The notes under the pieces were generated by a model. It was given only the letters and a program-made list of their open reading frames with translations. It ran no database searches and had not been told where the DNA came from. A stretch of DNA of 64,000 nucleotides from an uncultured Methanosarcinales archaeon (GTDB lineage Archaea; Nanobdellota; Nanobdellia; Woesearchaeales; GW2011-AR9): assembly GCA_964434885.1 (NCBI GenBank), contig CAYSWQ010000002.1:331-64330 (forward strand), read 5' to 3'. Each line of letters begins with the position of its first letter. The stretch's first letter is position 1. Of the stretch, positions 1 to 9,385 are shown one piece after another. The position numbers were made by a program, and so were the translations under genes.

Positions 1-558
1 TCTTAAATAAATAATTCCCTTCTTAACTGCTTCTACTATTTGAACATAACCTCCTGTACCACTACCTGGATCATTTTTTATCAAAAAAACTTCCTCGATT
101 TTATTGAATTTTTTATCTTCAATTCTCAAATAGACAGATTCTTCTTTAAGCATTTCTTGTAATTCGTAGAATTTTCCTTTTTCTGGAAGTCGTCCAGCCA
201 CCAATTCTTTTAATAATGAAATGGCGATTTCCTTCTCTTCTTCCGCATTCAATTGTAATTTGTAAATCAAATCATGAAAAGTACTGAGCTGTTCTTTTTC
301 CACCGTCTTATTTTTACGCATTTCTCTGATTTGTTTAATAACTAAATCATAAACTGCCAACAAGTCCGGGCGTTTATACAGTTCTAATAATTGTTTTGAA
401 CTTTTTTCATCAATTTTTCTCTTATCTAAACTATCCCAAATCCTCTTAAACAAAATAATCTTATAACGATAGAAATTTTCGATTTGCTCCAATTCCTCCT
501 TTATTGAAACAACTCCTTCCTGCGTCTCTTTCCACCGAGAGAAAAAATTGTAAACCAT
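1..558 (-). CDS. hypothetical protein, N-terminal part; gene runs off the window start
   Basis: Open reverse frame MVYNFFSRWKETQEG...DPGSGTGGYVQIVEAVKKGIIYL from the ATG at 558 to position 1 without a stop. A TTTATATATTAATTTA TATA-like element lies just upstream on the minus strand. No family recognised. Confidence 0.4.
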   Translation of the reverse strand, partial: MVYNFFSRWKETQEGVVSIKEELEQIENFYRYKIILFKRIWDSLDKRKIDEKSSKQLLELYKRPDLLAVYDLVIKQIREMRKNKTVEKEQLSTFHDLIYKLQLNAEEEKEIAISLLKELVAGRLPEKGKFYELQEMLKEESVYLRIEDKKFNKIEEVFLIKNDPGSGTGGYVQIVEAVKKGIIYLR

Positions 559-596
559 AAACAAGAAAAAATAAATTAATATATAAATCTATTCAC

Positions 597-1946
597 TCAA
601 AAACCCATTCCCTTAGGCATCTTCCCTTTCATCTTCTTCATCACTTTATTAACATCTTTTTCGCCTTTAAACATCTTCATCATTTTCTTAGCTTGACGAT
701 ATTGTTTTAACAACTCCCGAATTACTGTAACTTTAGTACCTGAACCCTTAGCAATTCGATCAATTCGATCTGCCGAAATAGTATCTGGGTCTTCTAATTC
801 CCCTTTAGTCATTGAACTCATAGCAATTTTCCATTTTTCTAATTTACCTTCTTGCACATCTAACATTTCTTTCGGCAAATTCATTGAAGAAAATCCAGGA
901 ATCATTCCCATGATTTTTTTTAAAGAACCCATTTTTTTCAAAGAAGCCATTTGTTGATAAAGATCAATTAAATTAAAATCTCCTTTCAGAAATCGCTCTC
1001 CTAGATCTTTAGCATCTTCTTCACTCATTGCCTCTTTAGCTTTTTCAAGTAGCGTTTCAATATCTCCCATCCCAATTAATCTACCAACAAATCGTTTAGG
1101 ATTATATAATTCTAAATCTTCTAATTTTTCTCCCACCCCAATAAAATTAATTGGTGCCTTAGTAACTGCACAAGCAGATAAAGCTCCTCCCCCTTTTGCT
1201 GTACCTTCTAATTTAGTGATTATAACTCCTGTTACTTTACAAGTATCATGAAAAGCCTGAGCTTGTTTTTGAGCTGCTTGTCCAATATCTCCTGACAAAA
1301 CCAATAATCTTTCATCTGCTTTTACAAGTTTATTTAACTTATTTAATTCTTCAATCAACTCATCAGACAACGCATCTCGTCCTGCTGTATCAACAATCAC
1401 TAAATCGTACTTCTTCAACCGAGGTTCAAATTCTTGATAAATCTTAGAAGGATCTTTTTCTTCTTTTATTCCAAAAAAATCAACTCCTACTTGTTTAGCT
1501 AATTGTTCTAATTGATCATAAGCAGCAGGCCTCCAAGTATCTGTTTGGATAACTGCAACTTTGTAACCTCTTTTCTTGTAAAACTTAGCTAGTTTTCCAG
1601 TAGTTGTGGTTTTCCCAGATCCAAATAAACCAACTAACATAATCTGAGTTGGTTTTTTAGTAATCTTAATTTCTTGAGCTTCTTTGCCCATAAATTCAGT
1701 TAATTCTTCATAAACAATATTGACCAATTGTTCTTTCTTAGTCAACCCAGGCGGAGTTTTTTCCTTAGCTCTTTCCTTAATTTTTTTAGAAAGTTCAAAC
1801 ACTAATTTAACATCAGTATCAGACTGCAACAAGGCTCGCTGAAGATCTTTAACTAACTCATTAATCAGTTTTTCATCTACAAAAACAGAATTCGCAATCT
1901 TCCCTAATGTACTCCTCAAAGAGTCTCCTAACTTATCTAATACCAT
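597..1946 (-). CDS. srp54: signal recognition particle protein SRP54
   Basis: 449 aa, MVLDKLG N-terminus, GTPase P-loop GLFGSGKTTTTGKLA, Met-rich C-terminal M domain. TATA-like TTTATATAAATA about 28 nt upstream. Confidence 0.93.
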   Translation of the reverse strand: MVLDKLGDSLRSTLGKIANSVFVDEKLINELVKDLQRALLQSDTDVKLVFELSKKIKERAKEKTPPGLTKKEQLVNIVYEELTEFMGKEAQEIKITKKPTQIMLVGLFGSGKTTTTGKLAKFYKKRGYKVAVIQTDTWRPAAYDQLEQLAKQVGVDFFGIKEEKDPSKIYQEFEPRLKKYDLVIVDTAGRDALSDELIEELNKLNKLVKADERLLVLSGDIGQAAQKQAQAFHDTCKVTGVIITKLEGTAKGGGALSACAVTKAPINFIGVGEKLEDLELYNPKRFVGRLIGMGDIETLLEKAKEAMSEEDAKDLGERFLKGDFNLIDLYQQMASLKKMGSLKKIMGMIPGFSSMNLPKEMLDVQEGKLEKWKIAMSSMTKGELEDPDTISADRIDRIAKGSGTKVTVIRELLKQYRQAKKMMKMFKGEKDVNKVMKKMKGKMPKGMGF

Positions 1947-2015
1947 TATTTAATTCAAAAATGAAGTATTTATATAAACTTTTTTAGTGGAAATTGAGCT
2001 TTAAAAAATTAAAAA

Positions 2016-2134
2016 TGGGCCTACGAGGATTCGAATTTCGGAACAACCAGTTTTCTAGTTATTTCCCCGATCAATTGGTATCTTCAGGAAAAACCTGCCG
2101 AAGCCAACCGCACTATCCATTATGCTATAGGCCC
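2016..2134 (-). tRNA. tRNA, putative Arg(TCG), with two putative introns (anticodon loop about 18 nt, T-loop about 29 nt)
   Basis: Reverse complement reads GGGCCTA-TA-GCAT-AATGGATA-GTGC-G-GTTGG-CTTCGG[intron]A-CCAAT-TGAT-CGGGG-[intron]-TTCGAAT-CCTCG-TAGGCCC-A. Acceptor, D-arm, GTTCGAATC-type T-loop and a 119-nt length (73+18+29-1) are consistent. Anticodon assignment is by hand folding only. Confidence 0.65.
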
Positions 2135-2239
2135 TTTATATAATGAATAGAGATTCAAATTACGTTCTAATTTATTAATTCTTTGGTTATATATTGATAT
2201 TAACAACCAAGATTAAAAAATAAATACTTAAATTAAAAA

Positions 2240-2476
2240 TCACTTCCCTTTCTTCATTTCAACATGTCTACAATACATTGCACTACTATACAAAGAAACC
2301 ATAAAAGGAACCAAGTAAGTTACAACAATCTGTATAACTCTTCTAAAACTATATTCTCCATAAACAAACATATCAAAATGATTAATCATTGCTAGAATTG
2401 TTCCCACCACTAAAGCCATCACTACTGCCCTAGTCCAATTCTGTTTCACACAACAACATTTAATGAATTGTTCCAT
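2240..2476 (-). CDS. small hydrophobic membrane protein, hypothetical
   Basis: 78-aa ORF with two predicted TM helices. No homolog recognised. Confidence 0.35.
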   Translation of the reverse strand: MEQFIKCCCVKQNWTRAVVMALVVGTILAMINHFDMFVYGEYSFRRVIQIVVTYLVPFMVSLYSSAMYCRHVEMKKGK

Positions 2477-2518
2477 ACTTTATAACAAATAAAAATCTTA
2501 TAAATAATTATCGAAAAT

Positions 2519-3196
2519 TCAACCCATCAACTCACTCAAAATCTTAGCACCAACCAAAGCAGACTCGTCCTTAACCTCACACAAATCCCCACCTTTAAAA
2601 TTTCTTAACATTTTCAACCGATGTAAAAAAAACAATAACTCCCGAACAGATAATCCTCCTGGTTCTGGTGTATCAACAGCAATAAAAGCCGGATCTAAAA
2701 CATCAGCATCTATGGAAACATATAATGCTTCAAAACGTCGAGCTACCGACATGACTGATTCAGAAACTTCAAACTTCCCTTCTAAACCAATTTCTTGCAT
2801 CGAAAAATATCTAATATTATTCTGCTTCAAAAAATTAAACTCCTCAGCAGACCATTTTCTTATACCAACCAAAACAATATTCTCTTTGGGAATAATATTA
2901 ATTAAACCAGAAACCAAATCTTCAATCGAAGTACAATCTGGATGAGCATCAAAAATAACCACTCCAGCATTAGGATAAAACTGCACAAAAGATTTCAATA
3001 TTGGTAAAGTGATGGAATGATCTCTACCAATAAAAACATTTTGCTCAGATCGTTGAAAAATTTGTTTGCTCTCTTCAACAATATCTGAACCCATTTCTAA
3101 AACCCTAAAATCAAGTAATTTGCCTTTTTCATTTAAAGAAAAATCTTGTAATTTTTCCACTATCTCTTCCGCCCCAGAAACTTTGATTAAGTTCAT
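2519..3196 (-). CDS. arginase/agmatinase (ureohydrolase) family protein, short form
   Basis: Motifs GRDHSIT, DAHPD, SIDADVLDP and PEPGGLS match the arginase-fold Mn-binding signatures. The 3211 start is TTG, so ATG at 3196 (MNLIKVSG) is preferred, with a TATA-like TTTATATT upstream. Confidence 0.72.
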   Translation of the reverse strand: MNLIKVSGAEEIVEKLQDFSLNEKGKLLDFRVLEMGSDIVEESKQIFQRSEQNVFIGRDHSITLPILKSFVQFYPNAGVVIFDAHPDCTSIEDLVSGLINIIPKENIVLVGIRKWSAEEFNFLKQNNIRYFSMQEIGLEGKFEVSESVMSVARRFEALYVSIDADVLDPAFIAVDTPEPGGLSVRELLFFLHRLKMLRNFKGGDLCEVKDESALVGAKILSELMG

Positions 3197-3239
3197 CCAA
3201 AACAAAAACAATATAAACCTTAAAAATTTAACTAAATTA

Positions 3240-3632
3240 ATGGTTGAAAAAAAATTAAAATTCTTAAGAATCTATCTAATCTTAACTTTAGTTTTCGGAG
3301 TAATTGGTTTATCTGATAGTATTTTAAGTTTACTAAAAATATCTTCACTCACTTATTCAATCATTTTAGGAACCTTAGCTTTTGTATTTTTCTTTTTCAA
3401 TATTTTTGCTTTAGTCCACATCATGCAAGAAAAATTAGAAAAAATTACTTGGGTTTTACCTACCTATCATATTTTAACAACAATACTTTTTACAATCTTA
3501 GGAATTATCTTAAGCTTAGCTGGACTACTAAATCAAATAGCCATCTTTTTACTAATAATTATTGGACTCTTATCTTCAATCTTCGAAATTGGGTTTAGTG
3601 TCTATCTCTTGAAGCGATTTAAATTTCTCTAA
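3240..3632 (+). CDS. integral membrane protein, hypothetical
   Basis: The listed ORF 3066-3632 overlaps the arginase-family gene in antisense. The in-frame ATG at 3240 (MVEKKLKFLRIYLILTLVFGV...) starts a polytopic hydrophobic protein of about 130 aa. Confidence 0.5.
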   Translation: MVEKKLKFLRIYLILTLVFGVIGLSDSILSLLKISSLTYSIILGTLAFVFFFFNIFALVHIMQEKLEKITWVLPTYHILTTILFTILGIILSLAGLLNQIAIFLLIIIGLLSSIFEIGFSVYLLKRFKFL

Positions 3633-4061
3633 TAACTCTCCCCTATCTATCTTCATAGAATAATCTAAATTATCTAAATGACGACGGCGAATAAAATTAA
3701 GAAAATCTTCCTGTTTCTCTTTTTCCCAAGAAGCAAAATCCTTAGCTGTTTTACAAAGATGATTAATATCACAATGGCCATCTCTTAATTCCCGACCACT
3801 ATTTCTAGTAGGATGTAACGGGCAATAAAACTGCCCTTCATTCTCAATCAAATTCCTACAAACTCCTGATCTTAAATCCATAGCCATGGCTCGATCTCGA
3901 AAACGAACCATCTCGGAATCATTTTGCGGATTTAATTCCAAGAACTCAACAGTATTTTTATGAATTGCCTCTTGCACTTTTTCTTTACTTTCAAAACTAT
4001 GTCCACAACAACCCATACACCCTCCATTTAATTGACACAGAATTGTTTTTGTATAAGTCAT
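3576..4061 (-). CDS. Cys-rich protein (C-x5-C-x2-CC N-terminus), hypothetical; translationally coupled to argS
   Basis: 161 aa, start directly abuts the ArgRS stop (4061/4062). Eight Cys including CQLNGGCMGCCGH. Its 3' end overlaps the convergent membrane-protein gene by 57 nt. Confidence 0.5.
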   Translation of the reverse strand: MTYTKTILCQLNGGCMGCCGHSFESKEKVQEAIHKNTVEFLELNPQNDSEMVRFRDRAMAMDLRSGVCRNLIENEGQFYCPLHPTRNSGRELRDGHCDINHLCKTAKDFASWEKEKQEDFLNFIRRRHLDNLDYSMKIDRGELLEKFKSLQEIDTKPNFED

Positions 4062-5741
4062 TCACATCTCCTCAGGAGCTTTAATACCCAACAACCCCAA
4101 GCCAGTATCCAAAACTTGCCGAACAGAATCAACCAACAACAACCTTGCTTTCATCTGGTGTTCTAATTCAGAAATCACCGGACACTTATGATAAAATTCA
4201 TTAAAAGCCTGAGCTAAAGAAATCAAGTAATTAGCCAGATGGTGGGGCTTATAGGTTTCATTAGCTTTAGCAACAAACTCAGGAAAATTATAAAGTAATT
4301 TAATTAATGCTTTTTCTTCTTCCAATCCAAAACTCTCAAAATTAACTTTCTTAGTAACTTTCAATTTATGTTCTTTCAAAGCTTTCCGTAAAATAGAACA
4401 TGATCGCGCATGAGTATATTGTAGATAAGGTCCAGTTTCTCCTTCAAAACTAAGCGATTCTTCTGGATTAAAAACAATATCTTTATTAGCATCCGTTCGC
4501 AACATAAAAAACTTAATTGCTCCCAAACCAATAAATTCTGCCCTTTCTTTAATTTCTTTCTCAGATAATTTTTTATATCTTTTACGCACTTCCTTCTCAG
4601 CCAAATCAGAAATTTCATCCATCAAATTATCAGCATCAATTACTGTTCCTTCTCGAGATTTCATTCTTCCAGAAGGCAAATGAACTAATCCGTAATTCAA
4701 ATGGTATAAATTTTTGGCATATTTTTTCCCTAACAAATCTAAAATTTTAAACAATTGTTGAAAATGATTATTTTGTTCATTAGCCACCACATAAATCATC
4801 TGATCAAAGTCATAATCTTCAAATCTTTTCTCAGCTACATATAAATCTTGAGTCATATAAACAGAAGTTCCATCTGCTCGCAAAACAACTTTATTTGGCA
4901 TTTTATAATCTTCCAATTCAACAATCCAATTTCCTTCCTCATCTTTAACAAATAATTTAGAATTTTGAACCATTTCTTTTCCTTTTTCATACATCTCAGA
5001 TTCTAAATATTCTTTTTCAAAACTTACTCCAAAACGAGTATAAGTCTCAGCAAATCCTTTCAAAACCCATTTGTTCATCTTTTCCCATAATTTTCTAATT
5101 TCTTTATCTTTAAGTTCCCACTGAACCAACATTGCTTGAGCTTCTTCATTCAATTTTTTGTCTTTTTTTGCTTCTTGAGAAAACTTAACATAATAATCTC
5201 CAACAAAATGATCTGATTTCTTATCTGGGTCTTTTCCTTTTCCCCATTTTTGATAAGCCAACATTGATTGACAAATATGAATTCCTCGATCATTAACAAT
5301 GTTAACAGGATAAACTTTATTTCCCTCAAACGAAAGTAAATTACACATTGCTTTTCCCAAAGCCATGTTTCTTAAATGGCCCAAATGTAAAGGTTTATTC
5401 GTATTGGGCCCACAATATTCAATCACGATTTTTTTCTTATTTTTTCCTTTCCCATAATTGTTATCAATCTTTCCCAAAGTCTCTTCTGCCAACAAAGAAT
5501 TATTCAAATAAAAATTTAGATAAGGTCCAACTGTTTGTACCCCCGATAAGAATTTAGGTATTTTCAAATTCTGCTTAATTTTCTTTGCCTCTTCAACTGG
5601 ATTACCCTCTAATTGAAAACAAGGAAAAGCATAGTCTCCTAATTTTGAATCTGGAGGTACGGCCAAAACTTTCAACACTTCGTTTTCTGGAAGCTTAGTT
5701 TCCTTTACTAATAGCCTAACAATTTCTTTTTTGAAATCCAT
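4062..5741 (-). CDS. argS: arginine--tRNA ligase
   Basis: 559 aa, class I HIGH-type motif PNTNKPLHLGHLRN, C-terminal anticodon-binding (DALR-like) region, typical ArgRS length. Confidence 0.9.
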   Translation of the reverse strand: MDFKKEIVRLLVKETKLPENEVLKVLAVPPDSKLGDYAFPCFQLEGNPVEEAKKIKQNLKIPKFLSGVQTVGPYLNFYLNNSLLAEETLGKIDNNYGKGKNKKKIVIEYCGPNTNKPLHLGHLRNMALGKAMCNLLSFEGNKVYPVNIVNDRGIHICQSMLAYQKWGKGKDPDKKSDHFVGDYYVKFSQEAKKDKKLNEEAQAMLVQWELKDKEIRKLWEKMNKWVLKGFAETYTRFGVSFEKEYLESEMYEKGKEMVQNSKLFVKDEEGNWIVELEDYKMPNKVVLRADGTSVYMTQDLYVAEKRFEDYDFDQMIYVVANEQNNHFQQLFKILDLLGKKYAKNLYHLNYGLVHLPSGRMKSREGTVIDADNLMDEISDLAEKEVRKRYKKLSEKEIKERAEFIGLGAIKFFMLRTDANKDIVFNPEESLSFEGETGPYLQYTHARSCSILRKALKEHKLKVTKKVNFESFGLEEEKALIKLLYNFPEFVAKANETYKPHHLANYLISLAQAFNEFYHKCPVISELEHQMKARLLLVDSVRQVLDTGLGLLGIKAPEEM

Positions 5742-5802
5742 TCTTTTAGAAAACCACTCTTGATTTAAATAAATAACGGTAAGTTAAACGTAATAAAAAT
5801 AA

Positions 5803-6003
5803 TTAAAATAAAATATTTAATCTAAACAAAGCATAACCAACCCATGCTAACAAACCAGCATAAAGCAAAGCCATACTCCAGTGCAAAGGGATTCCTTTCC
5901 AAAAATGATGTGTTTTTTTGCTATGCCAATTTGCTGAAATAGTCAACACAACATAAGCAGTGCAATCCAATAACAATAAATACCAAATAATTTTTTCAAT
6001 CAT
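5803..6003 (-). CDS. small two-TM membrane protein, hypothetical
   Basis: 66-aa hydrophobic ORF overlapping the next gene by 4 nt. Confidence 0.35.
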   Translation of the reverse strand: MIEKIIWYLLLLDCTAYVVLTISANWHSKKTHHFWKGIPLHWSMALLYAGLLAWVGYALFRLNILF

Positions 6004-6569
6004 AATCTCAACTCCTGATCTTCTTCAGTTCCAATAACTTCTTCGTTCTCTTCTTCTTCCTTTTGTTCTTTTACTTCTTTCTTCTTTCTTTCTTTTTCTG
6101 CCTTTTTATTTTCTTTCAATTTCTTCTTCTCTTCTTTAGCCTTTTCTTTTTCTTTTTTCTTGTCCTCTTTAGCTTTCTCTTTTTCTTTTAGTTTATCTTC
6201 TTTAGCTTTGATTTTGTCTTCATCTTTTTGATTTTTCTTCTTCCGAATTTCTTGCATTTCCGCTAAAGGCATAATTTTCTTTCTAATTCCTTTTTCCTGA
6301 GAATAAGGTAATCCAAAATGTTGATTTAAATAATCTAAATCAAATTTAATATCTTTCATCAATTTAACTTTCTTATGTTCATAATATAATCGAGATATAA
6401 TAAAAATTAAGTACAAACCAAATAAACCACCTACTAATGCACTAACAATCCCCATTACTGGTTTAACTGCTTCAATCACTGGATTCAACAAACTGCTTGT
6501 ATCAATCGGAATTTGTTGTGAAGCAATAGCCTGTGCGGCCATTTGTTCAATACCTACTGGATCTGCCAT
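6000..6569 (-). CDS. membrane protein with K/E-rich charged repeat tail, hypothetical
   Basis: N-terminal TM segment followed by KEKEKAKEDKKKEKEKAKEEKKK low-complexity repeats. Confidence 0.5.
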   Translation of the reverse strand: MADPVGIEQMAAQAIASQQIPIDTSSLLNPVIEAVKPVMGIVSALVGGLFGLYLIFIISRLYYEHKKVKLMKDIKFDLDYLNQHFGLPYSQEKGIRKKIMPLAEMQEIRKKKNQKDEDKIKAKEDKLKEKEKAKEDKKKEKEKAKEEKKKLKENKKAEKERKKKEVKEQKEEEENEEVIGTEEDQELRL

Positions 6570-6665
6570 ACTAGAAGTAAATTTTCAGCATTTTTAAATT
6601 ATTCGATTTTGAATCTTAATTCAAACCTAAAATTTTATAAATGAGTTAGAAAATAAAAACAACAC

Positions 6666-6752
6666 AGCCCCATGGTGTAGTGGACTATCATAGTGCCCTT
6701 TGGTCTCAAAGGAAGATAGGCATTGACCTCGGTTCAAATCCGGGTGGGGCTA
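6666..6752 (+). tRNA. tRNA with probable short anticodon-region intron; anticodon unresolved (Pro-TGG is one candidate)
   Basis: Acceptor AGCCCCA/TGGGGCT plus discriminator A, D-arm GGTGTAGTGGACTATCATAG, T-arm CTCGG-TTCAAAT-CCGGG. There are 34 nt between D- and T-arms where 23 are expected, with an internal CCTTT/AAAGG hairpin. A1:U72 is notable. A local GC island in an AT-rich region. Confidence 0.7.
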
Positions 6753-6775
6753 ATTTTATTCTACAAACTTACTTC

Positions 6776-7372
6776 CTAACTCGAACAACTCTCCTCAACA
6801 CTCTCCACTCGTAAAGTAAATGCAATCTCTGGCATCAAAGGGTGTTTTATTGCCTTACTTGTCTCACCAACTTTCAAAACAATCAGTTCGTCTGCAAAAA
6901 CTTTTCCATAGTTTCTTTTCAAAATTTTAAACGGCACTAAAATAGTTTCTCCTTTACAATAATCTGGCATTGATCTAATGGTCCATTCTAAAGCTGAAGC
7001 TGCAGTATAACTTCCTTGTCCTCGAGATAACAAATATTTCTCCCCATCACTGGTTGTAATTTTAATTTTTTGATAATTACAATTCTTTTCACATCCAGTT
7101 TTCTGCAAAAAATCAGCCAATAATTTACATTCTCCTTCTACACAATATTTTCCCCCAGTACAATTACTGTTGTGGGTACATTTAGTTGGTTTCATTTCTT
7201 TAACTTCTACTTTTGGTGCTACCTTCTTCTCTACTGGTTTCTCTTCAGTTATATTTTTCAATTCTTTCACTGCATCCATTTTCTTAGAAGAATCATCAGG
7301 AACTAATTGCTTACAACCCACTAACAAAAATAAACTAACTACAAATAATATCAATATCAATTTTTTCATCAT
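6776..7372 (-). CDS. secreted lipoprotein-like protein (signal peptide + LVGC lipobox-like), Cys-rich, hypothetical
   Basis: The preferred ATG at 7372 (MMKKLILILFVVSLFLLVGC) is preceded by AGGTGAT. The mature part has CTHNSNCTGGKYCVEGEC. Confidence 0.6.
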   Translation of the reverse strand: MMKKLILILFVVSLFLLVGCKQLVPDDSSKKMDAVKELKNITEEKPVEKKVAPKVEVKEMKPTKCTHNSNCTGGKYCVEGECKLLADFLQKTGCEKNCNYQKIKITTSDGEKYLLSRGQGSYTAASALEWTIRSMPDYCKGETILVPFKILKRNYGKVFADELIVLKVGETSKAIKHPLMPEIAFTLRVESVEESCSS

Positions 7373-7453
7373 AATCACCTGAAAAAAACAAATCATTATT
7401 TTATATAAAAGTTTGGGATAAATTTTTATATAATTAACCACACAAATAAAAAC

Positions 7454-8107
7454 ATGAAAATAACAAAATACCAACAAAGTTGTATCTTAATTGAAACTGA
7501 AAATAAAAAAATATTAATTGATCCAGGAGATATGGTTGATGAAGAAATTATTCGACAATTTAAAGAAATTGATTTCATTTTATACACTCACACTCATAAT
7601 GATCATTGTTTTGTAGAATATCACCAAATTTTATCGAACAACAACAATGCATTAGTTATTGGGAATCATGAGATTGCAGAAAAATTATCCGAATCAAAAG
7701 TAGAGATTTGGAATGAAGAAGATTCAAAAAAATTTGAAAACATAAAAATTGAAATGACTAAAGCAGTTCATGGATTTTATTTTGCCATGGGTTCCAAACC
7801 ATTACCAAAACCCAATGGATTTATCATTAGAGATCAAAAAACCTCGATTTATCATTGTAGTGACACCATTGCGTTCTATCATAATTACCAAGCAGACGTT
7901 ATTCTAGTTCCTATCTGTGGACATGGAATTGTTATGGAACCAGAAATTGCAATAGATTTTAGTTTAAACATGAATGCTAAACTTACAATCCCCATCCACT
8001 ATGAAAATCATCGGCATCCTCAAGGAACAGAAAAATTTGAGAAAATTGCTAAAGAAAAGAGATTAAATTATGCTCTTTTAGGTAATGGAAAATCTATAGA
8101 AATTTAA
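7454..8107 (+). CDS. metallo-beta-lactamase fold hydrolase
   Basis: HTHNDH (HxHxDH) zinc-binding motif, 217 aa. Confidence 0.75.
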   Translation: MKITKYQQSCILIETENKKILIDPGDMVDEEIIRQFKEIDFILYTHTHNDHCFVEYHQILSNNNNALVIGNHEIAEKLSESKVEIWNEEDSKKFENIKIEMTKAVHGFYFAMGSKPLPKPNGFIIRDQKTSIYHCSDTIAFYHNYQADVILVPICGHGIVMEPEIAIDFSLNMNAKLTIPIHYENHRHPQGTEKFEKIAKEKRLNYALLGNGKSIEI

Positions 8108-8221
8108 CAAAAACCTTTTAAATAGCCCTCACAATTAACTATAAATCAAGAGATACATTGGCTATAGGCTCGTGTATACTGGAGAGAAAAAGCAAAGACT
8201 ATTTCTCCCGAGGATTAAAAA

Positions 8222-8674
8222 ATGGCAAGAATGCATAGTAGAGATAAAGGAAAATCAGGAAGTACAAAACCTATTAAAAAAATCCCTTCCTGGATGAGAT
8301 ATAAAGGGAAAGAAATCGAAAAATTAATCTTAAAATTCACTAAAGCAGGTCATACCCCTAGCGAAGTAGGAATGATCCTAAGAGATACTTATGGAATCCA
8401 TAGTGTTAAAGCTGTTGCCGAAAAAAGTATTACTAAAATATTAAAAGAAAATGGATTACAAAAAGACCTCCCAGAAGATTTAATGGCTTTGATCCTTAAG
8501 TTTGCAGATGTTAAAAAACACATTGAAAAAAACAAACAAGATAAAACTGCTAAACGAGGTTTATTGTTAACTTTCTCCAAAATCAGAAGATTGGTAAAAT
8601 ACTATAAAAACTCTGGTCGTTTACCAGCTGATTGGAAATTCGAAGCAGACAAAGTAAAAATGTATGTGGAATAA
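8222..8674 (+). CDS. rps15: 30S ribosomal protein S15 (uS15, S13e-type)
   Basis: MARMHSRDKGKSGS N-terminus and a length of 150 aa, typical of archaeal uS15. Confidence 0.88.
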   Translation: MARMHSRDKGKSGSTKPIKKIPSWMRYKGKEIEKLILKFTKAGHTPSEVGMILRDTYGIHSVKAVAEKSITKILKENGLQKDLPEDLMALILKFADVKKHIEKNKQDKTAKRGLLLTFSKIRRLVKYYKNSGRLPADWKFEADKVKMYVE

Positions 8675-8735
8675 TTCCACTTTTTTTCTTTTTATCCAAA
8701 ATATTTATAAATTAGTTGTTGATTTAGAAGCTCAA

Positions 8736-8850
8736 GTCCCTGTAGCTTAGTTTCGACTAAAATTTTAGTCGGAGAGCAACGGTAGAGCACACGGCTGTTA
8801 ATAACTTAGCAGCGACCGTGCGGTCGCCAGTTCAATCCTGGCCGGGGACG
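8736..8850 (+). tRNA. tRNA-Asn(GTT) with two introns (D-loop about 28 nt, anticodon loop about 14 nt)
   Basis: Exons give GTCCCTG-TA-GCTT-AGTT[TCGACTAAAATTTTAGTCGGAGAGCAAC]GGTA-GAGC-A-CACGG-CTGTTA[ATAACTTAGCAGCG]A-CCGTG-CGGTC-GCCAG-TTCAATC-CTGGC-CGGGGAC-G. The spliced form closely matches canonical tRNA-Asn (CUGUUAA loop). Length 115 = 73+28+14. Confidence 0.78.
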
Positions 8851-8964
8851 CTTTTCTTTTTTTTCTAACGTAACTAGAAACAATATAAATTTTCCTCTAA
8901 AAAACCGAATGATTTATATATAAAATAATCTTTTTCTTCTTATATCAAATTGAGGTGATATTTT

Positions 8965-9330
8965 ATGGCTAAAAAAAAGAGTGGTTTAAAAAGTATGGAA
9001 TTACACCGAGTGGCTCATTACTCTTTCTTTGTCGGATTGATTATTGCAATCATTGCAGGTTTATTTCGTAGTTATATCAGCCCAGAAGTGTTAGTTACTA
9101 CGTTAGTACTCTTAGGAACAATTGTTGGTCTCTTTAACTTAACCGCAAAAGAAACAACTCCTTTCTTATTAGCAGCTGTAGCTTTGATGTTAGCTGGAAT
9201 TGTTAATTTGGGATTAATTCCAGGTGTTGGTCTTTATCTAAGATCTATCTTAAGCAACATCGTTGTTTTCGTTGTACCTGGAGCAATTATTGTTGGTATG
9301 AAGGCAATCTGGAGATTAGCTTCAGACTAA
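8965..9330 (+). CDS. membrane protein, hypothetical
   Basis: 121 aa, three or four TM helices, preceded by GAGGTGATATTTT-ATG Shine-Dalgarno. Confidence 0.5.
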   Translation: MAKKKSGLKSMELHRVAHYSFFVGLIIAIIAGLFRSYISPEVLVTTLVLLGTIVGLFNLTAKETTPFLLAAVALMLAGIVNLGLIPGVGLYLRSILSNIVVFVVPGAIIVGMKAIWRLASD

Positions 9331-9385
9331 TTTTCTTTTTCTATTTTTCTTAAATTTTATAAACAAACTAAATCGAAATCAACAA

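Noticed and set aside
2712-2945. 77-aa plus-strand ORF inside the arginase-family gene
   Set aside because: Lies entirely antisense within a well-supported CDS with recognisable catalytic motifs. Looks like an AT-rich chance ORF.
4376-5557. Short ORFs (4376-4618 minus, 5348-5557 plus) within argS
   Set aside because: Embedded in or antisense to the ArgRS coding frame with no independent support.
6060-6260. Nucleotide-level tandem repeats (aaagaaaaagc-type) resembling a repeat array
   Set aside because: They encode KEKEKAKE low-complexity protein sequence inside an ORF. The units are not of uniform size and are not separated by unique spacers, so this is not CRISPR.
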